Shown here in pieces: positions 1 through 10,395 of a DNA stretch of 64,000 nt. The stretch is from positions 224,001 to 288,000 of the forward strand of contig CAWALK010000015.1 in the NCBI GenBank assembly GCA_963782915.1, given 5' to 3'. The position numbers were made by a program, and so were the translations under genes. Positions within the stretch are counted from its first letter, which is position 1, and each line of letters opens with the position of its first letter. This DNA comes from an uncultured archaeon (lineage in GTDB: Archaea > Thermoproteota > Bathyarchaeia > Bathyarchaeales > Bathycorpusculaceae). The notes under the pieces are model-generated. The model did no database searches and had not been told where the DNA came from. It saw only the letters and a program-made list of their open reading frames with translations.

Positions 1-2
1 AC

Positions 3-203
3 CTAACAAACGGTCCACACAGCATCAAAATCTATGCCACCGACACCTTTGGCAACATAGGCGCTTCACAAACAATCACATTCAACATAGCCCTTCCAGA
101 AAAGCCCCCTCAGAATCCTTCGATCGCTGTCTTTTTGGGTTTTTCAGCAGCAATAATTACCGTTGCAGCAGTTTTGCTACTTTACAAAAGACGGAGACAT
201 TAG
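3..203 (+). CDS. 3' end of a cell-surface/secreted protein with C-terminal membrane anchor (partial)
   Basis: Manual translation LTNGPHSIKIYATDTFGNIGASQTITFNI-P-rich linker-hydrophobic helix-YKRRRH*; Ig-like strand pattern plus TM and basic tail. Confidence 0.7.
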   Translation, partial: LTNGPHSIKIYATDTFGNIGASQTITFNIALPEKPPQNPSIAVFLGFSAAIITVAAVLLLYKRRRH

Positions 204-209
204 CGGCTG

Positions 210-929
210 CTAATAGCGCATTCTTCGCCTAACCGCAGGATTTTGCTCTGAGAGCTTTTTGGTTGCTAACTCAAAGGTTTCATCGGGCGACAACTCTTTT
301 TTAACAAAAACCCCTGTTCGCCCAATCGCATCGCGCCTTGTTAGAGCTCGTACTCTGTCAAGGACTGTTTCCGCTGAAATTCCAAGCAGTTTCGCAACGG
401 ATTCTTCTTTGCCGATGATGCTGCTCTCAATATGGCCTTTTTCTGTGGGTTCAATGAGCATAAGTCGTTTATCAACGCCAGCCATACGTAGATTGCTTTT
501 GAGTTGGGTTAGGTTTGCTTCTCCTCCGAATCGGTAGAATTCCCGTTCCACACGGCGCATTTCCATCAAAGGAAAACTAACAGTCGTTGTCTCGTCAACT
601 GTGATGTGGGCTTTCATGGCGTAATTAGGTGTTGCCTGCACAATCAAACGCGCATTAATCGGTATTTTGGCTTTTTCAAGCGCAGTTTCAACCAGAAAAC
701 TATTCTGCACTTCCCCAATGAAAACATCAACGTCGCTGCTTTCTTTGACGTCGCCCCTTGCTACGCTGCCATGAACAGTGGATTGCAGATGGAACGCTTC
801 CAATGCAGCCATAACAGGCATGGCTTTTTCGCGGAGCGCCTTTAGTTGTGTCCAGCGTGCACTGCTATAGGTTACTTCGCCGTAGTCGTCGCGTTTTGAG
901 GGTTTAGTAGCCATCTTTTTGCCAGCCAA
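210..929 (-). CDS. Pol-beta superfamily nucleotidyltransferase (archaeal COG2413-like)
   Basis: HGSVARGDVKESSDVDV motif; C-terminal GRTGVF conserved in this archaeal family. Confidence 0.8.
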   Translation of the reverse strand: MAGKKMATKPSKRDDYGEVTYSSARWTQLKALREKAMPVMAALEAFHLQSTVHGSVARGDVKESSDVDVFIGEVQNSFLVETALEKAKIPINARLIVQATPNYAMKAHITVDETTTVSFPLMEMRRVEREFYRFGGEANLTQLKSNLRMAGVDKRLMLIEPTEKGHIESSIIGKEESVAKLLGISAETVLDRVRALTRRDAIGRTGVFVKKELSPDETFELATKKLSEQNPAVRRRMRY

Positions 930-1046
930 ATCAAATCTTTATGTGACCATCGCTGTTTTTGTTTGATAAAAGTTTTGTCCTATCGCACGCACAGTCGGGT
1001 ATAGCTTTCAATATGGGGGCTCTCGCTTGTTTTGACAAAGCTTTCT

Positions 1047-1223
1047 TTACTTAACAAGATCTTCGCTTGAAACAATAATTACAGGGTACTGCATTGAACC
1101 ACCTGATTTGTTACCTGTGTTTTCATGCCCCTTTATACATCTCATTCCGTATTTTGTTTTGGTTTCATTTTCCCAAATCTTTTCTGTTGGTCCACCACAA
1201 ATGGGGCACTTAAAATCTTTCAT
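1047..1223 (-). CDS. 58-aa CxxC...CxxxH zinc-finger micro-protein (below ORF-track cutoff)
   Basis: MKDFKCPICGGPTEKIWENETKTKYGMRCIKGHENTGNKSGGSMQYPVIIVSSEDLVK*; GGTGA SD upstream; close paralog at 38092-38265. Confidence 0.8.
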   Translation of the reverse strand: MKDFKCPICGGPTEKIWENETKTKYGMRCIKGHENTGNKSGGSMQYPVIIVSSEDLVK

Positions 1224-1465
1224 AATTTTTTCACCAAAAACACTGCCGCTTCAATACTTTTTAAGTGGTCACCTTCAGTTAAGGTTTTTCGCTGTTTTAA
1301 GCGAAAATCTGTGATTAACACTTCTACTACACATTTCTTTAGGCCGATAGTGTAAATTTCCCAATCCATCAGATAACTAAAAAAAGAAAAAAGAAGGGTA
1401 GAGAGTGATGTTTGCGGGTCAATCTATATTTACTTATACACGCCAAATTACGCTGTGAACTCTTG

Positions 1466-2407
1466 ATGGATACGCCAGTTTGCACAGTTTGCCACACGCA
1501 TGAAGCCTTCTTCTATAGGCAAACCTCTGGCGAACGATTATGCAAAAAATGCTTCACAGAATCCATCGAAGCAAAAGTCCGCCAAACCATAACTCGTTAC
1601 CACATGCTAAAATATAACGATCATTTGGCGGTGGCGGTTTCAGGCGGCAAAGACAGCCTAAGCATACTCTACATACTCGCGAAACTGCGAAAGTATAGGC
1701 CACAGACAACCTTAACTGCGGTTACGGTTGATGAAGGCATCAGTGGTTACCGCGACGAAGCCCTAACCATAGCAGCAGACGTTTGCAAGCAACTTGAGGT
1801 TCCACATCACATCGTCTCCTTCAAGGACCTCTACGGTTTCACACTCGACGAAATCGTCGCCAAAGCACAATGAGAAGGGCAAAAACGAGTTGACACCATG
1901 CGCTTACTGTGGTGTACTGCGCCGAAGAGCCATAAACGTGGGCGCAAGAGAAGTAAAAGCCACAAAAATCGCCACAGGCCACACACTCGACGACGAAGCC
2001 CAAACCGTGCTCATGAACATTCTCCGCGGCGACATCGCACGGTTAGCTAAAGAAAAACCCGTAACCAGCGAAGTCCACCCACTTGTTCGTTCAAAAAATT
2101 AAGCCGTTCTGTGAAATCCCCGAAAAAGAAAGCGCCCTATACGCTTACGTGAAAAATATTGCTTTCCAAGATACACCTTGCCCATACGCTTCCGAAGCCC
2201 TGCGCAATGACATCCGGGGAATGCTAAACCGCATGGAGGAGAAGCATGCTGGAACCAAATTCACGGTTTCCCGAGCCATCGAGAAGCTGCGTCCAGCGAT
2301 TGAGTTAACAGCTAAAAAGGAAGATTTCAAACTCTGCCGCGAATGCGGTGAACCCTCAGCTAGGCGAGTTATGCAAAACCTGTGAAATGCTGCGTTTTGT
2401 GCGTTAG
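1466..2407 (+). CDS. TtuA/Ncs6-family tRNA 2-thiolation protein (TIGR00269-like), split by apparent frameshifts
   Basis: N-terminal CxxC, PP-loop [31 protein letters not shown] and C-terminal CxxC spread over ORFs 1412-1873, 1794-2102 and 2083-2385. Confidence 0.85.
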
Positions 2408-2610
2408 GGTTTGCGGTCAAAGCCCCGTTCGCTTTTTAGTTTTCGTATTATCTCTGAAGCCTCAAACGCCGTATTTGCGGCAGCAACCTTCTGTGCTTTC
2501 TGCAAATTAACGTTTGCACCGCAATACGGGCAGATTTTGGTTTTTTGATCCTTAGCTGCAAGGATGTAGCCGCCGCATTTAGTGCATTTGAGGATTAGCG
2601 TTACCGTCAT
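2404..2610 (-). CDS. DUF1922-like zinc-ribbon protein
   Basis: CTKCG...CPYCG pattern, ~68 aa. Confidence 0.7.
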   Translation of the reverse strand: MTVTLILKCTKCGGYILAAKDQKTKICPYCGANVNLQKAQKVAAANTAFEASEIIRKLKSERGFDRKP

Positions 2611-2682
2611 TTCGGTTGGCTTCCGAAAGCCTTTTCCACACACAAGCTCATAACAGTTTAGTCTAGGGAAGAGAGAGCATAC

Positions 2683-3046
2683 ATGAGCATTGATGAGGAA
2701 CAGGCAAAGCCACGATCCCCTTTGTTGGATTTGGCGATTTTATACTTCAAAAAAGAAGGCTACAAAGTTAACAGCGAAAACGTCAAGCTGGAGGGGCATA
2801 GCGGCGTTTTGCGGCATTTTGATTTGATTGTGCAGAAGGGACGATTGGAGCAGGGTGTTTGGGTGAGGGATTGGAACCGCACCATCGGAGTTAACGTGAT
2901 TATTAATTTGGATACTTCTTCAGAGGATGTGGATTTGTCTAGTCCGATTATGATTGGGGAAAAATTTAGTGACCACGCCAAATCTTACAGTAACCGCCGA
3001 AAGATTTCGTTTGCTTACTAAGCAGAAACTTGGCAGCTTAAGATAA
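2683..3046 (+). CDS. Restriction-endonuclease-like PD-(D/E)xK fold protein (probable 3' frameshift)
   Basis: GHSG...HFDLIV and FSDHAKSY segments resemble small archaeal Mrr-like domains. Confidence 0.6.
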
Positions 3047-3048
3047 GC

Positions 3049-3630
3049 TTAGACTTTGAGGTACTGGTCGGTTAATCCTTCCCGTTCCAGCATACCCAGC
3101 CAATCAACGAAGCCACTAGAGCATTTTTTGCCGTTGCTAAGAACATCAAGCATTATAGCCACAACATCTTGGGTTGTTTGCCCTGAAATGTCGAGTTCGC
3201 AGACTTTTCCTTCTTGGTAATCGAGTGCTTCGATTAGGCAATTATCAAGGATCTCTGCGGATAGGTTTTCGTCGATTTTTGCTTCGTTAAAGCCGCAGTT
3301 AATCATTTGTGCCTTGAGTTCGATTGGGTTTCTGCGCAAAACGAAAACTTGTGTGACAAGTTCTGTGGGGGTTACGGCTGCTGCGTAGTGCCCATCGATG
3401 ATGATATTATCGTTGCTGCTGGCTTTGATGGTTTCGGCAAGGCTTTTGCTCATGGCGTCTTCGTCGATTATCGTGGTTTGGCGTTCCTTATCTTCGCCCA
3501 ATGTTAAGCCGTTGGTTTTGGCGTAATCGGTTAAGTTGATGTATTCAGCGTTGAGTTTGGCGGTTAAGGCTTTGGCGGTTGTGGTTTTGCCCACTGCTGG
3601 TGTGCCTGTGAGGAGTATAACGCGTTTCAT
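3049..3630 (-). CDS. Adenylate kinase, AK6/Fap7 (hCINAP) family
   Basis: GTPAVGKTT P-loop, IIDGH motif, ENLSAEIL. Confidence 0.85.
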   Translation of the reverse strand: MKRVILLTGTPAVGKTTTAKALTAKLNAEYINLTDYAKTNGLTLGEDKERQTTIIDEDAMSKSLAETIKASSNDNIIIDGHYAAAVTPTELVTQVFVLRRNPIELKAQMINCGFNEAKIDENLSAEILDNCLIEALDYQEGKVCELDISGQTTQDVVAIMLDVLSNGKKCSSGFVDWLGMLEREGLTDQYLKV

Positions 3631-3678
3631 GCTCAGAAAAAACTATAACCCCCTTATATATACCTACAATGCAGTAAA

Positions 3679-4230
3679 ATGCGGAAGTGGTTCGGATTGA
3701 TCATTCGAGAAACAACCCCCGCAGACCTCCAAGACATACTATATGTGGAACATGAAGCATTCAAACGAGACTCAGAACCCCAGTTTACCAGAGACATGCT
3801 TGTTGACCCTTCAGCACAACCATGCCTCTCATTACTGGCATACATCGATAATCAACCAGTTGGGCATATCCTCTTCACCCACGCCTACTTGGCAAACAAC
3901 CCAAAAGTTGAGGTTTCGTTTTTGGCTCCCTTGGCGGTTGTACCGAAATTTCAGAAGCAAGGCATCGGCGGTGCACTAATCAAAGAGGGATTGGCGCGCC
4001 TAACTAAATCAGGCGTTGACTTAATCTTCGTAGTCGGTCACCCAACATATTATCCACGCTATGGCTTTACACCCGCAAGCAAATTGGGTTTTGAACCAAC
4101 TTATCCGATGCCCCCCGAAGTTGCTGATGCATGGATGGTACAGGCACTTCGTCCAGGGATAATCGGCTCTGTGTCTGGTAAAGTGATTTGTTGTGACGTG
4201 ATGAATAAGCCTGAAGTTTGGCGAGAATAA
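3679..4230 (+). CDS. GNAT N-acetyltransferase (YhbS-like)
   Basis: LAPLAVVPKFQKQGIGGALI and GHPTYYPRYGF motifs. Confidence 0.85.
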   Translation: MRKWFGLIIRETTPADLQDILYVEHEAFKRDSEPQFTRDMLVDPSAQPCLSLLAYIDNQPVGHILFTHAYLANNPKVEVSFLAPLAVVPKFQKQGIGGALIKEGLARLTKSGVDLIFVVGHPTYYPRYGFTPASKLGFEPTYPMPPEVADAWMVQALRPGIIGSVSGKVICCDVMNKPEVWRE

Positions 4231-4454
4231 CACAAGCCTTAGAAGCGTAGCTGCTTTGCAGAGGGACCCCCTCCCTTATTTATAGGGTGGACGTTTGCTG
4301 CTTAGCTTGTTAATGCAGTGTGCATTCATTGAATATGCACTGTGCACAAGCAACGCTTGTCGAGGTCGGCTTGTTCTAAATGTGCATCTGCAGCCGTTAA
4401 GTCGGCAATTAGCAAAGAAACTAATTTGGGAGGCGTACGCAAAAATGCGTAACG

Positions 4455-4799
4455 CTAATGTTTGATCGCGATTAACTCGTACTTTCTAGGCTTAGCCCCA
4501 GAGGCTTTCATAGCCTGAAGCGCCTTCAAACGAGTTAAGTCGCCCATAGCGGATTCAAACACTTGCTGCTCCAACTCAGGCGTAAATTCAGTTTCATAAA
4601 TTAGAACGGTTGCCTGATAGATTTTCGCCCGCTTAATCTTGGACAAATCAATAGCCTCACTTGCGCCAAGGCACATGGGAAGGTTTTCTTCTAAATCTAG
4701 GGCGTCAACGTGACGAGCCTTGTTTTCAACTCGGGTAACTCGGAGCTTTTTTTGGACTGTTTCGACGGGTTTCCAGTCAGGTCTAAGCATACATATCAA
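4455..4799 (-). CDS. Hypothetical protein
   Basis: 114-aa ORF, co-oriented with pelota. Confidence 0.55.
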   Translation of the reverse strand: MICMLRPDWKPVETVQKKLRVTRVENKARHVDALDLEENLPMCLGASEAIDLSKIKRAKIYQATVLIYETEFTPELEQQVFESAMGDLTRLKALQAMKASGAKPRKYELIAIKH

Positions 4800-4856
4800 A
4801 CAGCACTATGCCATGCAGTGGGATTATAAGAAATTTGCTAAAAGGAAAAAACGGTT

Positions 4857-5951
4857 TTAGCTTTGAGTTGGGGTGTCCCGATAAATGGGGTACCTCAAAA
4901 GCGCTGCTATTCCGCCCAGTGAAATCAGTTTTGATCCTGCCTCATGCTCGGTGCTAACTACGGTTATAACTGCTTGTCGCTTCTCTACGTCATGCATCAA
5001 CTGTTCAAGCTTTAATCGCTGTGGCTCATCGGCATCACGTAACGTAGTATCGGCAACGATTAGTTTTTCGATAGCTCCCATGTTAGAAGCATTCTCCACC
5101 GCAGTCAAGCCATAGGTTACTGTGCCTTCGCCTTTGCCTAACCTCTTCATGACTTCTTCCATTGTATCAGTCTCATTTACAATGCGCAACTCATGTGCCG
5201 CTTTTAGCAAAACACCCGACCGCAAAGCCTCATCGATTCCAGCTGTACCGCCGTTATTAACGCTTTTAATGTCAACGACAGCCTTGGATAGTTCCTTTGA
5301 TTCTTCTTGGAGGTAATTTACGAAGTCATTTTTTACGTATCCAGCACCGATGATGACGATAGGATTGTGGTTTGGAGTCCAAAGTTTGTGCAAACTGTCG
5401 AGTGCAAGGTGGAAGTATCCTTTTGTGGCTTCTACGCGTTTGTCGGCGTCTTGTTTTCCTGGTAATCTGGTGCGTTGGTCTACTCTTGTTTCGTAACCGT
5501 ACTGTTTGGTTTCAGCTATAGCGAAGCCTTCATCATCAATCGATAGAATTAGCAATGGCTTTTCGGTTTCGCTGGCTTTTGTTAAGCGATCCAAGAGATG
5601 TTTAGGCCATTCTTTTTTCACAATCGTCATCTGCTGGTTGAGCGCAATGGCGAGGGTGTGATGGGCTCCTGTGGGTATGATGTCTGGGGCATGAATGATT
5701 AAGCCGTGGACCCGCAGTTTACTCAGAAACTTGTCCCAACTAACCGACTCAACTTTAACGCCCATAAAAGCGGAAACCCGCTCGGCGCTTTTGGGACGCG
5801 ACGTTTCAGTGTCGCTTTTAATCGCCCGTGAACTGTAGGAGTAGACTTCGTCGCCTTTGTAGATGACGTTGTAGAGGTGCCAGAGGTCATCTGGCGTGTC
5901 AGGTACGACTTTGACATAGCCTTGTTGCAAGTTTTTCTCGGTAATCTTCAA
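4857..5951 (-). CDS. pelA: mRNA surveillance protein pelota (Dom34)
   Basis: DDLWHLYNVI, HHT, PGK and final LGGIAALLRY motifs; likely TTG start at 5951. Confidence 0.95.
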   Translation of the reverse strand: MKITEKNLQQGYVKVVPDTPDDLWHLYNVIYKGDEVYSYSSRAIKSDTETSRPKSAERVSAFMGVKVESVSWDKFLSKLRVHGLIIHAPDIIPTGAHHTLAIALNQQMTIVKKEWPKHLLDRLTKASETEKPLLILSIDDEGFAIAETKQYGYETRVDQRTRLPGKQDADKRVEATKGYFHLALDSLHKLWTPNHNPIVIIGAGYVKNDFVNYLQEESKELSKAVVDIKSVNNGGTAGIDEALRSGVLLKAAHELRIVNETDTMEEVMKRLGKGEGTVTYGLTAVENASNMGAIEKLIVADTTLRDADEPQRLKLEQLMHDVEKRQAVITVVSTEHEAGSKLISLGGIAALLRYPIYRDTPTQS

Positions 5952-6049
5952 CGATGGGACATCTCGATTGATAGTTGAATGCGTCTCAAGTAGAAATATA
6001 CTTTGGAGAACCAAACGCTTTCTAAAAAAGCCGTCATGGGAAAATTTAA

Positions 6050-6424
6050 ATGCTCTGCAATGGAGTGTCTAGTAGAGTTTTGGTGATTTTTATGGCAGGG
6101 CGAACGCTTCAGGATTTTATGTGCCATTATATGGAGGAAAAAAGTGATCCCCTCAAAGGGTGCCTACTAGCGGCGTTAGAAAACAAAGAGGGGTATCTGT
6201 GTTTACTTGTTGAGAGTTTGGGTACACCGGTTGTTTCAGAGGAAATAAGGCTCAGCGAAATGCTGACTAATGCGGGGCTGTTTTGGACTGAAGAAAAACT
6301 TAACCGAGACGGCCGTAACCGATACAAACTATTTCATTTGACTGATGCTGGACGGCAAATTGCCGAGCGGACTAAAAGTGAAGGTTTTGATGGCAAAATA
6401 GCGCAGAATATACCCGCAATTTAA
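6050..6424 (+). CDS. Hypothetical protein, possible winged-helix
   Basis: C-terminal YKLFHLTDAGRQIAE resembles a wHTH wing. Confidence 0.5.
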   Translation: MLCNGVSSRVLVIFMAGRTLQDFMCHYMEEKSDPLKGCLLAALENKEGYLCLLVESLGTPVVSEEIRLSEMLTNAGLFWTEEKLNRDGRNRYKLFHLTDAGRQIAERTKSEGFDGKIAQNIPAI

Positions 6425-6445
6425 CAGTTTACTTAAGGCTAACTT

Positions 6446-6514
6446 CTAAGCTACAGTATCATCCATAGACTTGATTATGTCTTCAACATAATCCAAGAAG
6501 TCTTTAACGCTCAT
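6446..6514 (-). pseudogene. Truncated HEPN/DUF86 (HepT-like) toxin remnant
   Basis: ATGA-coupled to the MNT gene; MSVKDFLDYVEDIIKSMDDTVA* resembles DUF86 N-termini, then stops. Confidence 0.55.
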
Positions 6515-6819
6515 ATATTCACGACTTCTTGCAAAACATGCCTGCCTATTCTTGGCTTAAGAGCAGACTTTTCAACCAAATCCACTTTAACCTCTAAAAG
6601 CTCGCTCAAGTAATCTTCGAGTCTAACAAAATCCAAAAGTGTCAAGTTCGAGGATTCTTCAAATTCAACCAACATATCGACGTCACTTTGCTTCTTTTGG
6701 CCGCCACGTACATAAGAACCGAAAACTCCGATTTCAATAATACCGTATTTCTGGGATAGCTCTTGCTTATGGCTGGTTAGGATACGCTTAATGTCCTCGA
6801 GAGTTTTCATGACTATCAT
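6511..6819 (-). CDS. Minimal nucleotidyltransferase (MNT/MntA antitoxin)
   Basis: FGSYVRG...SDVDMLVEF, VDLV, LKPRIG; ~100 aa. Confidence 0.88.
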   Translation of the reverse strand: MIVMKTLEDIKRILTSHKQELSQKYGIIEIGVFGSYVRGGQKKQSDVDMLVEFEESSNLTLLDFVRLEDYLSELLEVKVDLVEKSALKPRIGRHVLQEVVNI

Positions 6820-6951
6820 ATCTTAAATCTACTGTTTGAAAGTTAAGGTTTACCCCCACTAAACAACTGATTTAAAAAAATAAGCATTAAGTGTTTAGAA
6901 TTGGAAAAAAGTTTTTGAGGGAAGAAAAAAGAAACTTCCCTTTAGGACCGC

Positions 6952-9093
6952 TTAGATGAGGTGTAGTAGGTTGAGGAACAGCGGGATGAAGACGATGGAC
7001 AGTGTGCTCAGCAGTTTGATGAGTACGTGTAGGCTTGGACCTGCTGTGTCTTTGAGTGGGTCACCGACTGTGTCACCGACGACTGCTGCTGCATGTGCTG
7101 GGCTGCGTTTGCCGCCGAAGTGACCTGATTCGATGAATTTCTTTGCGTTGTCCCATGCACCGCCGCCTGTGTTCATGAATAGTGCTAGTGGTACCGCTGT
7201 AAGGGTGGTTCCGATGACTACTGCGCCGACTGCGATTGGACCTAAGAGGATACCGATGATGATTGGAACAACGACTACGATGACGCCTGGAACGACCATG
7301 CCTTTGAGGGCTGCTTGTGTGCTGATGTCAACTGCTTTGCCATAGTCTGGTTTGCCTGTGCCTTCCATGATGCCGGGGATTTCTTTGAATTGACGTCTGA
7401 CTTCGTTGACCATTTGTGTGGCTGCTTTGCCGACTGCGCTGATTGCTAGTGAGCTGAATAGGAAGGGAAGCATTGCGCCTATGAAGCCTGCAACGAGAAC
7501 AGCTGGCTGAGAAATGTCCACGACAAGTGTTACTCCGAGTTTAGCGTACACTTCTTCAGCGTATGTCTGGAATAGCAGTTGAGCGGCAAGCAATGCGGAT
7601 CCTAAAGCGAAACCTTTTGTTAGTGCCTTGGTGGTGTTGCCGACTGCGTCTAAGGCTTCCATGGTTTCTATGCCGGTTTTTTCGCCAGCCATCTCTGCGA
7701 TGCCTGCTGCGTTGTCAGCGATTGGGCCGAAGCCGTCGAGAGCTAAGACCATACCCATGACTGCGAGCATACCCATGGTTGCAAGTGCGGTGCCGTAGAC
7801 TCCGCCTGTGTAGGAGTTGATACCGATGCTTGTGCCAAACTGCGCGCCAAGTACGTATGATACGAGCAATGCGATGACTAAGGTGATGATTGGCAGAGCA
7901 GTTGTTTCTAAGCCGACTGCGAAGCCTGTGATGATGTTTGTTGCAGCTCCGGTTTGGCTTGCTGATGCAATTTGCCCGACTGGTTTTCTGTCACGGCCTG
8001 TGTAGTAATCTGTGATTTGGTCGATTAGTACGCTTGCAACTAAGCCTGTTAGTAGACAGCCAAAGATGTAGTACCAGTTGCTTCCGAAGAAGGCTATTGA
8101 GGCTATTGCGAACATTATTGCTGAGACGATGGTTGCTGCGTTTAGGCCTTTGCGTAGCGCCTTCATTGGGGTGTGAACTTCGTTGGCGTTGAGCTTAACA
8201 AAGGGCATTGCAATCATAGTTGCAAAGATGCCTAAAGCGCGGACAATCAGTGGGAAAATCAGGAACAATATGTTGCCTGTTGCTGCACTGACGAGTCCAC
8301 CGATGACCATGCCACCGATGTTTTCGCCGACTGCGGATTCGAAGAGGTCTGCGCCGCGTCCAGCTGAGTCTCCTACGTTGTCGCCGACGTTGTCAGCGAT
8401 GACTGCTGGGTTGCGTGGGTCATCTTCTGGGATGCCTGCTTCGACTTTGCCGACGAGGTCTGCTCCGACGTCTGCTGCTTTAGTGTAGATACCTCCGCCT
8501 AACTGAGCGAATAGTGCGACTAAGGATGCACCAAAACCCATACCTACTATGGCGCTTGCCGCGGTTACTCCGGCATTTGCAGGGGGATTTGCTCCGAATA
8601 GAACATCCCAACCGCCATAAGCTAAGAAAAGTAAACTTACTGCCAACAAAGATAAACCGACTACTGCAAAACCCATTGTTGCGCCACCATAGAAAGCGGT
8701 TTGTAGCGCAGCGTTAGGACCGTTTTTGCCAGCAGCCACAGTGCGTACGTTTGCTTTAGTAGCGTTATCCATGGCGATGTAGCCTGCAGCTAATGAGGCA
8801 ACAGAGCCAATTAGGAAAGCCACCGCCGTACCTATACCCAAAGCAACGGCGATGAGTGCAAACAGCACGACAATGATTACGCCGATTGTCTTGTATTGGC
8901 GTTTCAAAAACGCGTAAGCGCCTTCGCGGATAGCGTTTCCAACTTCAATAGCCTTCGGCGAACCGGGGCTCATTTTACCGATTTTACGCATGAGTAAGAG
9001 GGAAACTAGTATAGCAATTATGCCCGCTATAGGGGCAATCCAAAACACGTATGGATTATCCAGAGAAGTTAGCGTTTGTAGGGGTATGTACAT
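6952..9093 (-). CDS. hppA: Membrane proton-translocating pyrophosphatase, K+-independent type
   Basis: GGGIYTKAADVGADLVGKVEAGIPEDDPRNP, DNVGDNVGD; GNTTKA with Lys, the established K+-independence determinant. Confidence 0.93.
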   Translation of the reverse strand: MYIPLQTLTSLDNPYVFWIAPIAGIIAILVSLLLMRKIGKMSPGSPKAIEVGNAIREGAYAFLKRQYKTIGVIIVVLFALIAVALGIGTAVAFLIGSVASLAAGYIAMDNATKANVRTVAAGKNGPNAALQTAFYGGATMGFAVVGLSLLAVSLLFLAYGGWDVLFGANPPANAGVTAASAIVGMGFGASLVALFAQLGGGIYTKAADVGADLVGKVEAGIPEDDPRNPAVIADNVGDNVGDSAGRGADLFESAVGENIGGMVIGGLVSAATGNILFLIFPLIVRALGIFATMIAMPFVKLNANEVHTPMKALRKGLNAATIVSAIMFAIASIAFFGSNWYYIFGCLLTGLVASVLIDQITDYYTGRDRKPVGQIASASQTGAATNIITGFAVGLETTALPIITLVIALLVSYVLGAQFGTSIGINSYTGGVYGTALATMGMLAVMGMVLALDGFGPIADNAAGIAEMAGEKTGIETMEALDAVGNTTKALTKGFALGSALLAAQLLFQTYAEEVYAKLGVTLVVDISQPAVLVAGFIGAMLPFLFSSLAISAVGKAATQMVNEVRRQFKEIPGIMEGTGKPDYGKAVDISTQAALKGMVVPGVIVVVVPIIIGILLGPIAVGAVVIGTTLTAVPLALFMNTGGGAWDNAKKFIESGHFGGKRSPAHAAAVVGDTVGDPLKDTAGPSLHVLIKLLSTLSIVFIPLFLNLLHLI

Positions 9094-9267
9094 GTTGAAC
9101 AACCGATGTCCATTTTACTTATATAATTTTCCATGTAATTTGCTTAATTTATCGTTTGAACCGCATTTTAGCGATAACAGATAAATTTATGCCCAAAACA
9201 GGTTGGTTGCATTTTTAAGGAAGCCAAACATATTTCAAATAAGACTAATCAAACAAGTGAATGAATA

Positions 9268-10395
9268 ATGCCTCAAAGATTAATCGTCGTTAAAGTTGGC
9301 ACAAGCGGCATAACAACAAGCGAGGGCAAACTGGATTTGCATGAAATGGAAAACTTGGCAGCCCAAATCGCAGCCGCCTCCAAACAAGGCGACAGAATCG
9401 TCTTAGTTACTTCAGGCGCCGTCGCTGCAGGTATAGCCGAACTTGGCATTCCCCCTAAGCCCAAGGATGTGGCGTTTCAGCAGGCAGCCGCAGCCACCGG
9501 TCAAAGCGTGCTTATGGCTAAGTACCGCGAACTTTTCAAAAAATACGATTTGAAAGTTGCCCAGATACTGCTCACCGCCGAGGACCTCTCCAACCGAGCA
9601 TCCTACGTCCACACATGCGACGTACTGGCACTGCTACTAAAAATCGGCGTGGTCCCAATAATCAACGAAAACGACGTAACCTCAGTCGACGAATTAATGC
9701 GTACAGAGGGCTACAAAGTAAACTTTAGCGACAACGACATCCTCTCAGTCTTGGTTGCTGGAGCCGTCTGCGCAGACCTAGTAATCATACTCTCCGACGT
9801 AGAAGGCCTCTACACAGCAGACCCCTCACAACCAGGAGCAGAACTCATCAAAACCGTCGACGCAATCACCACCGAACTCAAAGATTCCCTTAGCGGCAAA
9901 AGCAAACTCGGCAGAGGAGGAATACAGAGCAAGATTAAAGCCGCCGAAATCGCCACTTCATGCGGCATCCCAGTCGTAATCTCCAACAGCCGACGGCCAA
10001 ACGTAATCGTTGACATCTTATCAGGCAAAGACGTAGGCACCTACTTCAAACCTCAAAGCCGCATGCCAGCCGTTGAACGCTGGATAGCTTATGGCGCAGC
10101 AGTTAAAGGCACCATCCAAATCAACGAAGGCGCAAAAAAAGCCATACTCGAAGGAGGCAGCCTCTTACCCGTCGGCGTAACCAAAGTCATCGGCATATTC
10201 GACGTCGGCGACGTTGTAAGCATTGCAGACGAAAAAGGCGCCATATTCGCAAGGGGCAACCCCAACTATAACAGCAGCCAATTAAACCTAATTAAAGGGT
10301 TACAAGTAACAGAAGTACACCAGAAACTCGGCGCAGATAAACCTAAAGAGGTTATCGAGCACCGCAACATTCACCTTATCGAGGAAAAGAAATGA
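9268..10395 (+). CDS. proB: Glutamate 5-kinase with PUA domain
   Basis: VVKVGT, TSGAVAAG, INEND, FSDND, C-terminal PUA (SLLPVGV). Confidence 0.95.
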   Translation: MPQRLIVVKVGTSGITTSEGKLDLHEMENLAAQIAAASKQGDRIVLVTSGAVAAGIAELGIPPKPKDVAFQQAAAATGQSVLMAKYRELFKKYDLKVAQILLTAEDLSNRASYVHTCDVLALLLKIGVVPIINENDVTSVDELMRTEGYKVNFSDNDILSVLVAGAVCADLVIILSDVEGLYTADPSQPGAELIKTVDAITTELKDSLSGKSKLGRGGIQSKIKAAEIATSCGIPVVISNSRRPNVIVDILSGKDVGTYFKPQSRMPAVERWIAYGAAVKGTIQINEGAKKAILEGGSLLPVGVTKVIGIFDVGDVVSIADEKGAIFARGNPNYNSSQLNLIKGLQVTEVHQKLGADKPKEVIEHRNIHLIEEKK

